Below, in pieces: positions 43,347 through 54,802 of a stretch of DNA of 64,000 nt (position 1 is the stretch's first letter; every line of letters starts with the position of its first letter). The stretch is from contig CAVXLD010000002.1 in NCBI GenBank assembly GCA_963762565.1, positions 37,140 to 101,139 on the forward strand, written 5' to 3'. The stretch is from an uncultured Verrucomicrobiae bacterium (lineage in GTDB: Bacteria > Verrucomicrobiota > Verrucomicrobiia > Chthoniobacterales > JAFAMB01). A program made the position numbers and the translations under genes. A model generated the notes under the pieces. That model worked only from the letters and a program-made list of their open reading frames with translations, did no database searches and was not told where the DNA came from.

Positions 43347-44549
43347 CTATTTTTTCGAAGCGGGTTCGTCAAGAATATCGGAGACTCGACCGGCGCCCAC
43401 CGTACGGCCACCTTCACGGATAGCGAAACGGATGGTCTTTTCCATCGCGATAGGAGTAATCAACTCCACCTCGACCGACACGTTATCTCCCGGCATCACC
43501 ATTTCGACGCCATCCGGCAGTTTCACGGTACCGGTCACATCGGTCGTCCGGAAGTAAAACTGCGGGCGATAATTCGTGAAGAATGGCGTATGCCGTCCGC
43601 CTTCCTCCTTACTCAGGACATAAACCTCACCCTTAAATCTCTTGTGAGGAGTGATCGTCCCCGGTTTCGCTACGACTTGGCCTCGTTCCACGTCTTCTTT
43701 TTTTACACCTCGCAACAACACACCGACATTGTCACCAGCCCGAGCTTCATCCAACAATTTTCGGAACATTTCGATATCGGTCACCGTTGTCTTCACGGTC
43801 GGACGGATTCCGACAATCTCGACTTCCTCCATTTTCTTGAGGATTCCGCGCTCAACTCGGCCGGTCACCACAGTGCCTCGACCTTCAATGTTGAACACGT
43901 CTTCGATCGGCATCAAAAACGGCTGATCAATCGGCCGCTCCGGCAGCGGGATGTATTCGTCGACCGCAGCCATCAGTTGGTAGATGTTTTCCTTATATTT
44001 GGGATCACCTTCCAGCGCCTTGAGTGCGCTTCCCTTTACAATCGGGATGGTATCACCAGGAAATTCATACTGGGAAAGCAGGTCCCGAACCTCCATCTCA
44101 ACCAAGTCCAGCAATTCCGGGTCATCGACCATGTCGCATTTATTTAAGAACACAACGATCGACGGCACGCCGACTTGGCGCGCCAGCAGAATATGTTCAC
44201 GGGTCTGCGGCATAGGTCCATCCGCAGCGGAGACAACGAGAATAGCGCCGTCCATCTGCGCCGCACCCGTAATCATGTTCTTCACGTAGTCAGCATGACC
44301 GGGACAATCGACATGCGCGTAGTGGCGGTTAGCCGTTGAATATTCAACGTGCGCCGTGTTGATCGTAATACCACGCTCCTTTTCTTCAGGAGCATTATCA
44401 ATTTGATCGTACCGCGTTGCCTGCGCCATGCCCTTCTCGGCCAGTACCGTCGTGATTGCGGCAGTCAAAGTGGTCTTACCATGGTCCACATGTCCGATAG
44501 TGCCGATGTTCACGTGCGGTTTGGATCGTTCGAATTTATCCTTCGCCAT
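43347..44549 (-). CDS. tuf: Elongation factor Tu
   Basis: [30 protein letters not shown]. Confidence 0.99.
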   Translation of the reverse strand: MAKDKFERSKPHVNIGTIGHVDHGKTTLTAAITTVLAEKGMAQATRYDQIDNAPEEKERGITINTAHVEYSTANRHYAHVDCPGHADYVKNMITGAAQMDGAILVVSAADGPMPQTREHILLARQVGVPSIVVFLNKCDMVDDPELLDLVEMEVRDLLSQYEFPGDTIPIVKGSALKALEGDPKYKENIYQLMAAVDEYIPLPERPIDQPFLMPIEDVFNIEGRGTVVTGRVERGILKKMEEVEIVGIRPTVKTTVTDIEMFRKLLDEARAGDNVGVLLRGVKKEDVERGQVVAKPGTITPHKRFKGEVYVLSKEEGGRHTPFFTNYRPQFYFRTTDVTGTVKLPDGVEMVMPGDNVSVEVELITPIAMEKTIRFAIREGGRTVGAGRVSDILDEPASKK

Positions 44550-44611
44550 TTAAGGTCTCCTTCTTGCTCTATCTTCTATTTAGTAATCTAAGGTCTTTTT
44601 CAGTAAGGACA

Positions 44612-44687
<76 letters not shown>

Positions 44688-44878
44688 ATATGTTATTTTC
44701 TGTCGGACGAGTTGCACACAGGGTGAATCGGCCGACTTTTCCTGCCGGAAATTGATACCAACCAAAAGGCTAATCAGTCGCTAATCCCGCAAATAAAGCC
44801 TATCGATCGCTACTCAAGGTCCGTCAAGCGAGCCCGAAACTTAACAAAGAGCGCATTAGCGTCAACAGGATTCTAGAG

Positions 44879-44947
44879 CAGGCGCGGCTTCTTGGCTCTC
44901 TCGGGCAGCGACGGTCGCTGCCCGAGAGAGCCAAGAAACCGCGCCTG
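44879..44947. repeat. Near-perfect 69-bp palindrome directly after the phosphoesterase stop codon
   Basis: 34-bp arms, 1 mismatch, 1-nt centre. Confidence 0.85.
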
Positions 44948-45814
44948 TTATGGGGTAACCGATTGCTCTTCCCGGCTTGCCGTCTCCCGGGTTGCCGTCT
45001 CCCGGGTTTCTACGGAGGCTGGGGGCCCAGACCGATAAGTCTCGGCAATACGCTGCACCGACATTGCCCGGCCGGTTTCTTCGTCGATATCGACCATCAA
45101 TCCATGCAGTTTCACCTCGCCCTTCGCCACCGGGAAATTGATGGGCATACTGCTATAGAATCGCTGAACGATCGGTTGAATCTCACGCCCCAGGACAGAC
45201 TCGGTCGGTCCACACATTCCAGCATCGCAAATGAACGCTGTTCCACCTGGAAAAATCTGGTCGTCTGCCGTCTGTACATGCGTATGGGTGCCAGCCACGA
45301 CCGAAACCTTCCCGTCCAGGAACCGCCCAAGGGCGATCTTTTCACTAGTAGTCTCGGCATGAACGTCTACGAAAATGACCGGCGTTTGCGTCCGGATCTG
45401 TTCGACCTCATCCCAGACCCGTCGAAACGGATTCTCGAGGGCCGGCAGCATAAAAGTTCGTCCCTGGACATTGATTACTCCGACTTTGCCTTTTGCGGTT
45501 TCTAAGATGATCGATCCTCCCCCGGGAGTCCCTTCGGGATAATTGATCGGACGCAGTAACCGGGGCTCTGTGTCGATGAACGAAACCACCTCTTTCTGAT
45601 CCCACACGTGGTCTCCCGTCGTAATGACGGCCACTCCGCAACGCAGCAAGTCGATCGCGAGTTTCGGCGTTATCCCTCGCCCGGCAGCAACGTTTTCTCC
45701 GTTTGCGACGGCAAAATCAATACCCCAGGCGGATTTTAGGGTCGGCAACATCTCGATAACCGCCCTGCGCCCGGGCTCCCCAATGATGTCGCCAAGAAAA
45801 AGAAGTCGAAGCAT
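44948..45814 (-). CDS. YmdB/TIGR00282-type metallophosphoesterase
   Basis: GDIIG, NGEN, TGDH, DVHAETTSEK, GTHTHV, DAGMCG. Confidence 0.92.
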   Translation of the reverse strand: MLRLLFLGDIIGEPGRRAVIEMLPTLKSAWGIDFAVANGENVAAGRGITPKLAIDLLRCGVAVITTGDHVWDQKEVVSFIDTEPRLLRPINYPEGTPGGGSIILETAKGKVGVINVQGRTFMLPALENPFRRVWDEVEQIRTQTPVIFVDVHAETTSEKIALGRFLDGKVSVVAGTHTHVQTADDQIFPGGTAFICDAGMCGPTESVLGREIQPIVQRFYSSMPINFPVAKGEVKLHGLMVDIDEETGRAMSVQRIAETYRSGPPASVETRETATRETASREEQSVTP

Positions 45815-45925
45815 CGCCTACCGCCAGTAATTACTTTTATATAAGGGTGGAACCAAACTGAAGCAAATCTGGTATGCTGGGAAGGCACTTCGAATCAAGA
45901 TCAAATGAGCGCCACCGCATTGCAT

Positions 45926-46156
45926 GCCCAAGTCCTGGAGGGGAGCCGCTTTGCGGTGCGGCAGTTCTATCGGATGGCTAACAGGCGGCTCCCGGGAAGA
46001 GCCCAGCGTGATCCCTTCACAAAACGACTCTGCTCCGAAGGGTCGATGCGAACATTGCCTCTAGAACTGCGTACCCATTGGCCGTTCCCGGGAGCCGCTT
46101 GCTGCCAACTTGCAGAACTGCCGAACTACAAAGCGGCTCCCCTCCAGGCGTTGGGC
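45926..46156. repeat. REPIN-like element family B, copy 2
   Basis: cctggaggggagccgctttg ... aggcggctcccgggaa ... ttcccgggagccgc ... caaagcggctcccctccagg. Confidence 0.85.
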
Positions 46157-46186
46157 AACGTTTACGCGCCGAGTGTTTCCAAACTC

Positions 46187-47437
46187 TTGGTGCTCGTCCT
46201 CGTAATCATGCTCGAAATTGCGGCCTTCAAACCAGCCTCCGCCGATCCTCTCACGCCCCTCAGCAGTCCGCCTAACTGGGCTCGTCTTCAAAAGTTCCAG
46301 GGAACAATCACCCACGACCAATTCTTTCGCCTGTTGAACGATGTCTACGCAGTGGGCGGTACAGCCCAAAAATGGATTAAGGTGGAGCCGGATTACGCCG
46401 AAATTCAGCCCTCGGGCGGCCACTGGCTGAAGCTGAGGTTCGCCAAGGACGGTGGAAAGCCGATCCCAAAGTTCTGGCACGATCCGAAAACGCTTCCGGC
46501 CAACAATGACAAGCCCTTGACCGGGCTGACGATCGCGCTCGACCCGGGACATCTAGGCGGCCCCTGGGCAAAAATGGAAGAACGTTGGTTTCAGATCGGT
46601 AACTCCGAGCCGATCAGGGAGGGAGATCTGACTCTGCAAACCGCGAAACGTTTAGCCCCGCGCTTGCAGGAACTTGGCGCTAAAGTCGTTTTCGTTCATT
46701 CAAAGCCGGGACCCGTCACCTCTTTGCGCCCTGACGATCTTCGCTCAGAGGCGCGGGCTTCACTAAAATCGCTGGGTGTTCAGCCTATCTTGCAAACTTA
46801 CAAGGGTCCGGCCGACCCGGAAAAAGAGCATTCTATCACGTGGGAGGCCGAACGTCTGTTTTACCGGGTAGCGGAAATTCATGAAAGAGCCAGGCGGGTC
46901 AATCGCATCCTGAAGCCAGACCTCACTCTTTGCCTTCATTTTAACGCGGAGCCTTGGGGCGACCCGGCCAACCCAACTTTGACCGATATCGACCATCTGC
47001 ATTTGATGGTGAATGGCGCCTACGCTGAATCCGAATTGGCTTACGCCGACGTCCGCTATCAGATGCTACTGAAACTATTGAGCCAGTCTTTCGACGAAGA
47101 ACTAGGTATCGCCGAAAGCGTTGCCCATTCTCTTTCCGACGCCACGAAGTTGCCTGCATACCATTATGACAGCGACAACGCGCATGCGGTCGGCGCCAGC
47201 GGCTACGTCTGGGCTCGGAATCTATTGGCCAACCGTTTGTACCATTGCCCGGTTGCTTACGTAGAATGTTACGTGATGAACAGCCACGACTTCTTCGACC
47301 GATTCCAGGCGGGAGAATACGATGGTCTGCGAGAATTCAACGGAGTGATGCACAAGAACATCTACGCGGAATATGCTGACGGGGTAGCACAGGGGCTGGC
47401 TGATTACTTTCGAGCGGTTCGGGGTGGCCAGAAGTGA
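46187..47437 (+). CDS. N-acetylmuramoyl-L-alanine amidase-like exported protein (start uncertain)
   Basis: ALDPGH, EGDLTL, LHFNA and VE zinc-amidase motifs; the ORF-track N-terminus is repeat DNA. Confidence 0.7.
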   Translation: MVLVLVIMLEIAAFKPASADPLTPLSSPPNWARLQKFQGTITHDQFFRLLNDVYAVGGTAQKWIKVEPDYAEIQPSGGHWLKLRFAKDGGKPIPKFWHDPKTLPANNDKPLTGLTIALDPGHLGGPWAKMEERWFQIGNSEPIREGDLTLQTAKRLAPRLQELGAKVVFVHSKPGPVTSLRPDDLRSEARASLKSLGVQPILQTYKGPADPEKEHSITWEAERLFYRVAEIHERARRVNRILKPDLTLCLHFNAEPWGDPANPTLTDIDHLHLMVNGAYAESELAYADVRYQMLLKLLSQSFDEELGIAESVAHSLSDATKLPAYHYDSDNAHAVGASGYVWARNLLANRLYHCPVAYVECYVMNSHDFFDRFQAGEYDGLREFNGVMHKNIYAEYADGVAQGLADYFRAVRGGQK

Positions 47438-47478
47438 TTAGTGATTAGTGATTGGTGATTGGTGATTGGTGATTGGTT

Positions 47479-47745
47479 GGTGGGGCGAGGCTCCCGATTG
47501 GCAGACATATAATCGCAGAGCCCCCGGTTTGAGCAGATCACGTCATTCTGTGGGACTGACTCGCCCGCCGAACCGGACCCAGCGAGAGGCATCCCGTAAG
47601 ATACTCTCCGGTCCGATATCGCTTCATCGGGGGTGCTACACGATGGGCCGCGGCTCGGCCACCGTCCGGCACAACCCAACGATGGTCGAGACATGCTATT
47701 TCACTCTGCAGCAGGTTTCAGATTGATCGGGAGCCTCGCCCCACC
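47479..47745. repeat. Family A element wrapped by inverted GTGATT(A/G) heptamer arrays
   Basis: ggtggggcgaggctcccgat / atcgggagcctcgccccacc; six heptamers at 47434-47475 and their inverse at ~47746-47770. Confidence 0.85.
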
Positions 47746-47868
47746 CAATCACTAATCACAATCACATCACATTGTTCTTTTTACTTCCGATTATCTTACA
47801 ACGTTGTTCATTATACCAACTCCCGCACCGGATCTTTCGTCCCGGTCGCCGGATCAACTCCCCCAAAA

Positions 47869-48892
47869 TATGAGAACACGCGTTCTGCTAAGTTGGGCAG
47901 CCCGACTGGGGCTGTCTTCGATAACTGGAAAGTCCATGGCCAAAGGAATTGGGCTTTCTTTGCCGATTCTCGGCGCCATCACGACGATGTTTGCGCCTAT
48001 CAATGCCTCGGCTGCGGACAAAGCCGTCTACTATTGGATTTCGCATGGCTCGCCGACCGACCCGGTCTGGACCTATTTCCTCCAAGGAGCGGAGCAATGG
48101 GCAAAAGACACCGGGAATGATGTCCGGACTTCGTTCCATAGCGGCGATGTTCCCTCACAGCAAGAAGCAGTGCGAGCCGCAATCGCGGCCAAAGCCAGAG
48201 GGATCGTTACCAGTACTCCCGATCCCGGAAGTCTGACCAAGGTTATCGCTGAAGCTCACGCTGCCGGAATTCCGGTGATCATCATGAACACGGAGGATAA
48301 GACCAGCGGTCGCGATGCCTACGTTGGCGGAGACAATGTGGCGATTGGCCATCGCTGGGCTCAGTATCTCGTCGATCATAACTTCGTCAAAAAAGGGGAC
48401 TTTGTCTGGATGCCGGTCGAAGTGCCGGGCGCCACTTACCAGACCTTGGAAACCCAGGGCATCGATCAGGTATTTAAGCCGCTAGGGATCACTTACGAGA
48501 TCACTGAGACTAAGCTGGATCAGGCGGAAATCATTAGTCGCATGTCGGATTATCTGACGGCTAACAAAAGTAAAATTAAAGGGATCATCGGCCTGGGTGA
48601 CTTGGTCACGGGCAGCATCAAGCGGGTTTTCGATCAAGTTCACGTTAAAGCCGGTGCGATACCGGTGGTCGGATGGGGCAACTCAATTGACACCGCTCAG
48701 GAAGTCTTGGATGGCTATGTGAACGCGGCGATGTGGCAAGACCCGCAGGCAACCAGCTATTTGGCCCTCTCTATGGCATCGATGGCCGCCAGTGGCATCC
48801 CGCCAGGATTCGACATCAACGTCGGTACTTTGTACGAAAAGGACAAAGCCGCCACCTACCTCAAGATCATGCAGGGCGCGGGGCACAAATAA
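47869..48892 (+). CDS. Sugar ABC transporter substrate-binding protein (RbsB-like); start approximate
   Basis: ISHGSPTDPVW, AGIPVI, YVGGDN, QDP; operon context. Confidence 0.88.
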
Positions 48893-49876
48893 TTGGGCAG
48901 ATCCTCGTTCCTACAAAAAGTCATCTCCAAGCCTGAGTTCGGGCCGTTTGTTCTGTTGGTGGTAGAGATCGTAGCGTTTAGCTCGCGGTCTTCCGCTTTC
49001 CTTTCGGCAGGGAACATCAGCAATCTGCTGGCGTTCACTCCGGAGCTCGGCATGATCACCTTGGGGATGACTTTGCTCATGACCGCCGGCGAATTCGACT
49101 TGTCGGTCGGGTCGGTGTTCGGCTTTGCGCCGATCATCATGTGGACTTTCTACAATGCCCACATCGCTCCGCTTGAGGTCGGGTTCGTAGTCGCGATTCT
49201 TTTCGCGGTCCTTGTTGGTCTGGCCAACGGTTGGTTCGTTACCTACCTGAAGATTCCGTCGTTCTTGGTCACTTTGGGCATGCTCTTGGTCGTCAGGGGA
49301 ATCGCCCTTTACATCACGGACGGTTTCCCGCAGCGGACTTGGACGGCAGACTCTCCCTTGATGAAGATCTTGGTAGGCGAATTCACATTTGGCGATCTCA
49401 GCATCTATGCTTCCCTGCTCTGGTTCATCCTGTTTGCCGTGATTCTCGGGTACATGCTTACCCAGTCGAAGGCCGGCAACTGGATACAAGCGGCTGGCGG
49501 GAACCCGGATGCCGCTCGCGCCCGGGGAGTCAAGGTAACTCAAACCAAAATCGCTTTGTTTGTTTTGTCCGCAGTAATCTCCGCCTGGGCCGGCATCACT
49601 AGCTCTATCCGAGTCTCGGCGGCGAACCCGAATAGCGGCACGGGATATGAGCTGGAGGTGATCGCAATGGTGGTAATTGGAGGGACGTCGCTAACCGGCG
49701 GACGCGGTACCATCATTGGCACGGTCATTGGCGTCTTGATCTTGCGTACAATGCGCAACGGCATCGTACTGATCGGTGTCCCCGGTCTGGCCTACAATAT
49801 TTTTATCGGCGGAATCATCCTGGCCATGATGGCCCTCCATTCCTGGCTCGAACGCCGGCATCACGCGGGAACCTAA
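48893..49876 (+). CDS. Sugar ABC transporter permease (RbsC-like)
   Basis: GEFDLSVGS, IPSFLVTLG, GYELEVIAMVVIGGTSLTGG. Confidence 0.92.
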   Translation: MGRSSFLQKVISKPEFGPFVLLVVEIVAFSSRSSAFLSAGNISNLLAFTPELGMITLGMTLLMTAGEFDLSVGSVFGFAPIIMWTFYNAHIAPLEVGFVVAILFAVLVGLANGWFVTYLKIPSFLVTLGMLLVVRGIALYITDGFPQRTWTADSPLMKILVGEFTFGDLSIYASLLWFILFAVILGYMLTQSKAGNWIQAAGGNPDAARARGVKVTQTKIALFVLSAVISAWAGITSSIRVSAANPNSGTGYELEVIAMVVIGGTSLTGGRGTIIGTVIGVLILRTMRNGIVLIGVPGLAYNIFIGGIILAMMALHSWLERRHHAGT

Positions 49877-49990
49877 GACAATAAAATCACCACAAAGACA
49901 CAAAGGACGCGAAGGTTGGGAAACCAAAGGCTTACATTCAAGTCTGGCTTCGTGTTCTTTGTGCCTTTGTGGTGAACCCTTGTTTATTTT

Positions 49991-50752
49991 ATGCCTGAGG
50001 AACTGGTCCGAATGGACCGTATCAATAAATTCTTCGGACGGGTGCAGGCCTTGAACGATGTGAGCCTGTCCGTAAACCGGAGCGAAATTGTCGGCTTATT
50101 AGGGGATAATGGCGCGGGTAAATCGACCCTGATCAAGATCCTTTCGGGCGCACTACGAGCCGACAGCGGAGATATCTACATGCATGGCAACCGGGTAAAA
50201 ATTCGGAATACCACGGACGCCATGGCATTGGGCATTGAGACCATCTATCAAGATTCGGCTCTGATTTCCCAACTCTCTATCGCTCGCAACCTGTTTCTCG
50301 GACGCGAGCCCGTAAAGGCGCCGCGTTTCTTTGATCGGTTGGATCAGGACACGATGAACGAGGTCGCCGGTAAGCTGCTCAAACAGGTCGGCATAAAGAA
50401 AGAAATCCCGCCGACCACCCCAATCAACGCGTTGTCCGGAGGGGAACGCCAAGCCGTCGCTATCGCCCGAGCGATGCATTTCGAGAGCGACTTGATTATT
50501 CTGGACGAACCGACCAACAATCTAGGGGTCGAAGAAACTCAGGGTGTACTTCGATTCGTTCGCAGCGCTCGAGACTCGGGACACTCCTGCATCCTGATCG
50601 CGCATAACATCTACCACGTGTTTCTGGTGGTCGACCGGATCATCGTGCTGCGTCGAGGCAAAACCGTAGCAGACGATATCGACCCGAAAAAGACAACGAT
50701 CGAAGCGGTCGAAAGCGTCATTACAGGGATGCCGATCGCACCCGCTCATTAA
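49991..50752 (+). CDS. Sugar ABC transporter ATPase
   Basis: GDNGAGKST, LSGGERQAVAIARA, LDEPT. Confidence 0.92.
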   Translation: MPEELVRMDRINKFFGRVQALNDVSLSVNRSEIVGLLGDNGAGKSTLIKILSGALRADSGDIYMHGNRVKIRNTTDAMALGIETIYQDSALISQLSIARNLFLGREPVKAPRFFDRLDQDTMNEVAGKLLKQVGIKKEIPPTTPINALSGGERQAVAIARAMHFESDLIILDEPTNNLGVEETQGVLRFVRSARDSGHSCILIAHNIYHVFLVVDRIIVLRRGKTVADDIDPKKTTIEAVESVITGMPIAPAH

Positions 50753-51095
50753 CTTCACCACAGGGCAGACTTCGCCCCATTGCGGCCCTTTTAGCTACGT
50801 CGGCCAAGGAGACAGAGGAGACGGAGATAAAATCCGCAGATTACACAGATTACGCAGATTACGTTTTGAGGTTGTGCGCTGCGGTGTACCAAAAACACGA
50901 GCCGGCGGGACACGTGTTTTTCATTTTCACGGAAAGATTCAGGGTCCAGCACGAAATCTGCGTAATCTGCGGATCTTTAACCTTTCGGTTCCACGGTTCT
51001 TTCTTCCGATGATTTTTAGTTCGGTAGTCGCAGCGTTTGTAGGAATCTGCGGTTGACCTCGCCCATGGGTCGATCTACTCTACGCTTCTTTTCGG

Positions 51096-51169
51096 CGGGC
51101 TGTGGCTCAGCTTGGTAGAGCGCCACGTTCGGGACGTGGAGGCCGTGGGTTCGAATCCCACCAGCCCGA
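51096..51169 (+). tRNA. tRNA-Pro (CGG); 3' CCA not encoded
   Basis: CGGGCTG acceptor stem, CCACG-TTCGGGA-CGTGG anticodon arm, GTTCGAATC. Confidence 0.95.
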
Positions 51170-51352
51170 TTCTAATTCCGGGAGCGCCGGCAGCGCCGAA
51201 AACGCGGCATTCAATCGCCGCATGGAACAAACCCCCGGTACCAAGGAACATAGGAATCGCGGGGACGCGATCCCTCCCGACCCTGGGGCGATCCGGCCAC
51301 CAAGCGCCAAGACTGCACCACCAATCGCTTCTCACCTCTCACTTCTCACGTC

Positions 51353-51874
51353 TCACAGCGAAGCATTAAGCGCCGCTTGGTACGCATCGTAAATCTCGCG
51401 TCCAAAACAAACAAAAATGACGCTTTCGGGGAGCTGATTGGTTTTGAGATAGGCCGTCGTCTCACCCACGGCGATCTGGCAAGCATTCTGAATAGGATAA
51501 CCGTAGATTCCACAACTGATCGCCGGAAAGGCGATTGTTCGCACCTGATGTTTTGTCGCCAATGCCAGCGAGTTTCGATAACAGCGAGCAAGAAGCTCCG
51601 GCTCGCCCCGAGTCCCGCCACCCCAGATAGGTCCGGCCGTATGAATGACGTGTCTCGCAGGTAAACGGTACGCGGCCGTAATCCTCGCTTCGCCCGTTGG
51701 ACATCCTCCTAAAGTTCGGCACTCCGCTAATAGTTCCGGGCCGGCCGCACGGTGAATAGCTCCATCGACACCTCCGCCACCGAGCAAGGACGTATTCGCA
51801 GCGTTTACCACGGCATCGACTTGCAGTTTCGTTATATCACCCTCGATCAATGAAACTCGCGTTAGCGGCGCCAT
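51353..51874 (-). CDS. Macro-domain O-acetyl-ADP-ribose deacetylase
   Basis: [35 protein letters not shown]. Confidence 0.93.
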   Translation of the reverse strand: MAPLTRVSLIEGDITKLQVDAVVNAANTSLLGGGGVDGAIHRAAGPELLAECRTLGGCPTGEARITAAYRLPARHVIHTAGPIWGGGTRGEPELLARCYRNSLALATKHQVRTIAFPAISCGIYGYPIQNACQIAVGETTAYLKTNQLPESVIFVCFGREIYDAYQAALNASL

Positions 51875-51958
51875 AATTCGTGTCTATTAGTAACTGTTGC
51901 GAACGCCAGACCGTCAATTCACTCAAATAACCAACACTGAAACGAAAGCAGGAACAAC

Positions 51959-52483
51959 ATGGAAACAGGATCTCTCTTCCGCAAATTATTCGCTCAAGCA
52001 CTAGGTTTATCGATTATTTGCGCTTGTGCGAGCGTACCCGCGCTAGGCCAAGACAATAGTCCGAACGGTGCACCTTCCGCGAGTCCCGCAAACCCTGGAG
52101 CGCAAGGAGTCGCGCCGGCCAGGCAGGGACACATGAATCCTGACAAGATCAAGCAGCGCCAGTTAGCGCGGCTACAGCAAATCTGTCAGCTAACCCAAGA
52201 TCAGCAAACCAAGATCACTCCTGTCATCAGCAATTTCGTCGACCAATTAGTGGCGGTGAGAAGTGATAGCTCGCTGCAACCCGACGCAAAGAAGGCCAAG
52301 CAAAAAGAACTGCGCCAAGCGTACAACCGGCAACTGCGATCGCTACTGACGCTGGAACAAAAACAAGCTTTGAAGAACGCGAGAGCCGCTCAAAATCAGG
52401 CTAAAGTTCAGAACCAGAACGGCAATCAGGAACAAGACGAAAAATTCGAGCAGGGATCGAATCAGCCCGGCTCGGGAATCTAG
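51959..52483 (+). CDS. Exported helical protein (Spy/CpxP-like LTxxQ motifs)
   Basis: Signal peptide; LTQDQQ and LTLEQK. Confidence 0.6.
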   Translation: METGSLFRKLFAQALGLSIICACASVPALGQDNSPNGAPSASPANPGAQGVAPARQGHMNPDKIKQRQLARLQQICQLTQDQQTKITPVISNFVDQLVAVRSDSSLQPDAKKAKQKELRQAYNRQLRSLLTLEQKQALKNARAAQNQAKVQNQNGNQEQDEKFEQGSNQPGSGI

Positions 52484-52985
52484 GAGCGGCAAAGCCGCTC
52501 GGGGCGCGTGGTCTTGAATTGAGTTGACGCCCGTCGCAAGGGAGGGATCGCTGCCTGTCCGCCTTAGCCCTGGTACCAATCACGGTTTTCGTGGACAAGA
52601 TTGGCGACGGCGGATCCTGGCGATCCCCTATTACCGAAACGGGGCACGTTGCGATCTCAGACCGAAATACGCCTTTAGGTTGAGGCACGTCCTCGCGGCG
52701 CGCGGGGACGCGCGCCCTCCGCGACCGCACGGGGTTTGGGAAGCTTTTCCTTCTTCGTACCACCTTCCCATTAACTACGGTGGACAGGGAGGCGCGCTTA
52801 CCTCGCGTCGAGCAATCTCAAGCCGATTCGCGGTCAAGTCCGACACTACCTGGGCTTTCACCAAACCGCGAACTTCGCTGCTCGTTGCATCCGTTATTTC
52901 GATCAATCGATCAAATGTTAAACCACTTACAAATAACGTTATTTAATCTTGTATATAATAAGAATCACGCTAAGATCCACCCCAT

Positions 52986-53483
52986 ATGCAAATCACATCT
53001 GTATCCAGAGCTTTGTTCGCTGCCCTCGTCGCCGGCACCTTGGTTTCGGCGTACGCGGATCCAGTCGACCAAGCAACGGCTCCCAAACCAGACGTTCAAT
53101 CCAATGCTAGCCAGCAACCCAGTCCGGTCGCCCCATCCAACTTCCCTAAGAAGCGGTCGGTTTCTCCCGATTCCCTCAAGAAGCGGGAGCTCACCATGCT
53201 ACGAAAGAGTGTCACCTTAACCCCTGACGAAGAGAACAAGGTTACACCAATCATCAGTACCTACGTCGACGCTGTGCAAGTCGTGAAGGCGGACGCCAGT
53301 ACGACCACCGCCGAAAAGAGAGCTAAACGAAAGGAATTACACGACCAATACATTAGCAACGTAAAGGCCGTTCTGACTCCTGATCAGGCGCAGACCTGGG
53401 AAACAGCTAATGCTGAACGGATCGCCCGGCTGCGGGCCAAGAAAAACGCCCCTGCTCCGGCCGAAAGCGCTTCCCAAGAATAA
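52986..53483 (+). CDS. Exported helical protein, similar architecture to 51959..52483
   Basis: Signal peptide ending AYA-D; LTPDEE and VLTPDQ. Confidence 0.65.
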   Translation: MQITSVSRALFAALVAGTLVSAYADPVDQATAPKPDVQSNASQQPSPVAPSNFPKKRSVSPDSLKKRELTMLRKSVTLTPDEENKVTPIISTYVDAVQVVKADASTTTAEKRAKRKELHDQYISNVKAVLTPDQAQTWETANAERIARLRAKKNAPAPAESASQE

Positions 53484-53579
53484 GAGAAACCTGCAACCAA
53501 TCAGAAAGGAGGACAACCCTTCTCCTGCGGTTGCTCCGTAGGAGAAGGCGGCCGCGTGTTGGTGAGAAGTGATTAGTGG

Positions 53580-53675
53580 TGGTAGGGCGAGGCTCCCGAA
53601 TAGCCCAACGGTTCCCCAGAGCACCAGGTATTGCACGTCGAGCGGTGTTATTACGTCAATTGCGCGCCGAGCCGA
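53580..53675. repeat. Left half of a family A element
   Basis: tggtagggcgaggctcccgaa ... cgccgagccg; no right arm found. Confidence 0.6.
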
Positions 53676-53765
53676 AAGCCCCTGGTGAACCACGACTTGA
53701 CACGCGAGGCCGCCGCATCTTCTCTGGTCAGCCAAGAGGAATTCGCGAATAATAGGAGGGTCGAC

Positions 53766-53981
53766 ATGACAATCGCGGAAAGACTCTTGGAACTTAAGCA
53801 TTCCGGCCAAGCTTTTGTCCTGCATTTGAACGACGGCCGCGCACTTAGGATCCGAGCCGGAAATTATATTTCTTTAAACCCTTCCGGCAAAGGTACAAAC
53901 GTGACTGTTTACGGTGACGGCGAGGACGAAGAACATTTTATTCCGATTTTCGCAATCAGTAGCGTCTCGGTAGAGATCTGA
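53766..53981 (+). CDS. Small hypothetical protein (71 aa)
   Basis: AGGAGG Shine-Dalgarno before the ATG; beta-rich, FVLHLNDGR. Confidence 0.65.
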   Translation: MTIAERLLELKHSGQAFVLHLNDGRALRIRAGNYISLNPSGKGTNVTVYGDGEDEEHFIPIFAISSVSVEI

Positions 53982-54176
53982 GAACCGACCTTTCCGCACA
54001 CAACGATGCAGACGTGGGGAGCCGATGACGCTCTGCAGATTTCGATTCGATGCCACTCCTACCGAGCTAATGCGAATTTGCCGATGTCGAGGCTATAAAG
54101 ATTTCGCTACTACGGAGCTCACAGGTCCCTCCGAACGCCAAAAGGCTTTCAGAAGCGGCCAGACGCAAGGCAGGCT

Positions 54177-54593
54177 TCAAGCCATTTCAAACCCGGCAAA
54201 CTCAAATCCTGGCGCAACAGTACACCCCACTAATGTCCAGGCTCCGAGCGTTTCCGCCGTTTGCCATCGGAAGGCTGGAACAATGGCTTGAGGACGTTCA
54301 TTCTTCAGTAAGTCGTTCCCAAGCAGAACGGTTTCAACTGGGCCTTCCCCCTCCCTGATCTGTAACCGGATCGGGGCGCCGCCGTACCAATGCCACACCT
54401 CAACCGCATCGATGCGATGCCAACCGGAAATTTCACCCTGTTTGAGCAAAAAATAGATCGCGGTCGATGCCGATCTTTCCTCTACTTTTTTGGCATCGCG
54501 GAACGTCTCCCGGAAATACCCGCCTTCCGGGTGCGCCTGGAGCTGTAACAACCGAATCACTTCGTCAGCAGTGAGAGAACCAGAGTCGGACAT
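54177..54593 (-). CDS. Cupin_5 (DUF985)-type protein
   Basis: HPEGGYFRET, STAIYFLL, WHR..EVWHWY, CTVAPGFEF. Confidence 0.9.
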   Translation of the reverse strand: MSDSGSLTADEVIRLLQLQAHPEGGYFRETFRDAKKVEERSASTAIYFLLKQGEISGWHRIDAVEVWHWYGGAPIRLQIREGEGPVETVLLGNDLLKNERPQAIVPAFRWQTAETLGAWTLVGCTVAPGFEFAGFEMA

Positions 54594-54802
54594 AGCAACC
54601 GCGAATAGATCCGCCTTCGCACGAAAATAAGTCAAGGGAGATATCTCTTAATCTCAAGCTATGGCGGACAGGCTGCGAATGGACGCGAACACAAAAGAAA
54701 ACAACCGCAGATGGACCCGTCGCAAGATGAGTCGGACCTCTCAATCGTCCGCGTCCTCGAAAGGGCGTGGCACGTTGAAGCGATACGCGATTGCCCTGCG
54801 CC

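Noticed and set aside
31326..44289. Numerous antisense ORFs over rpoBC, the rpl genes and tuf
   Set aside because: They are shadow frames of conserved genes.
44965..45010. 15-bp tandem duplication at the phosphoesterase 3' end
   Set aside because: In-frame slippage in a disordered tail; trivial.
45905..46186. Long N-terminal extension of the amidase ORF
   Set aside because: It is read-through of a family B repeat.
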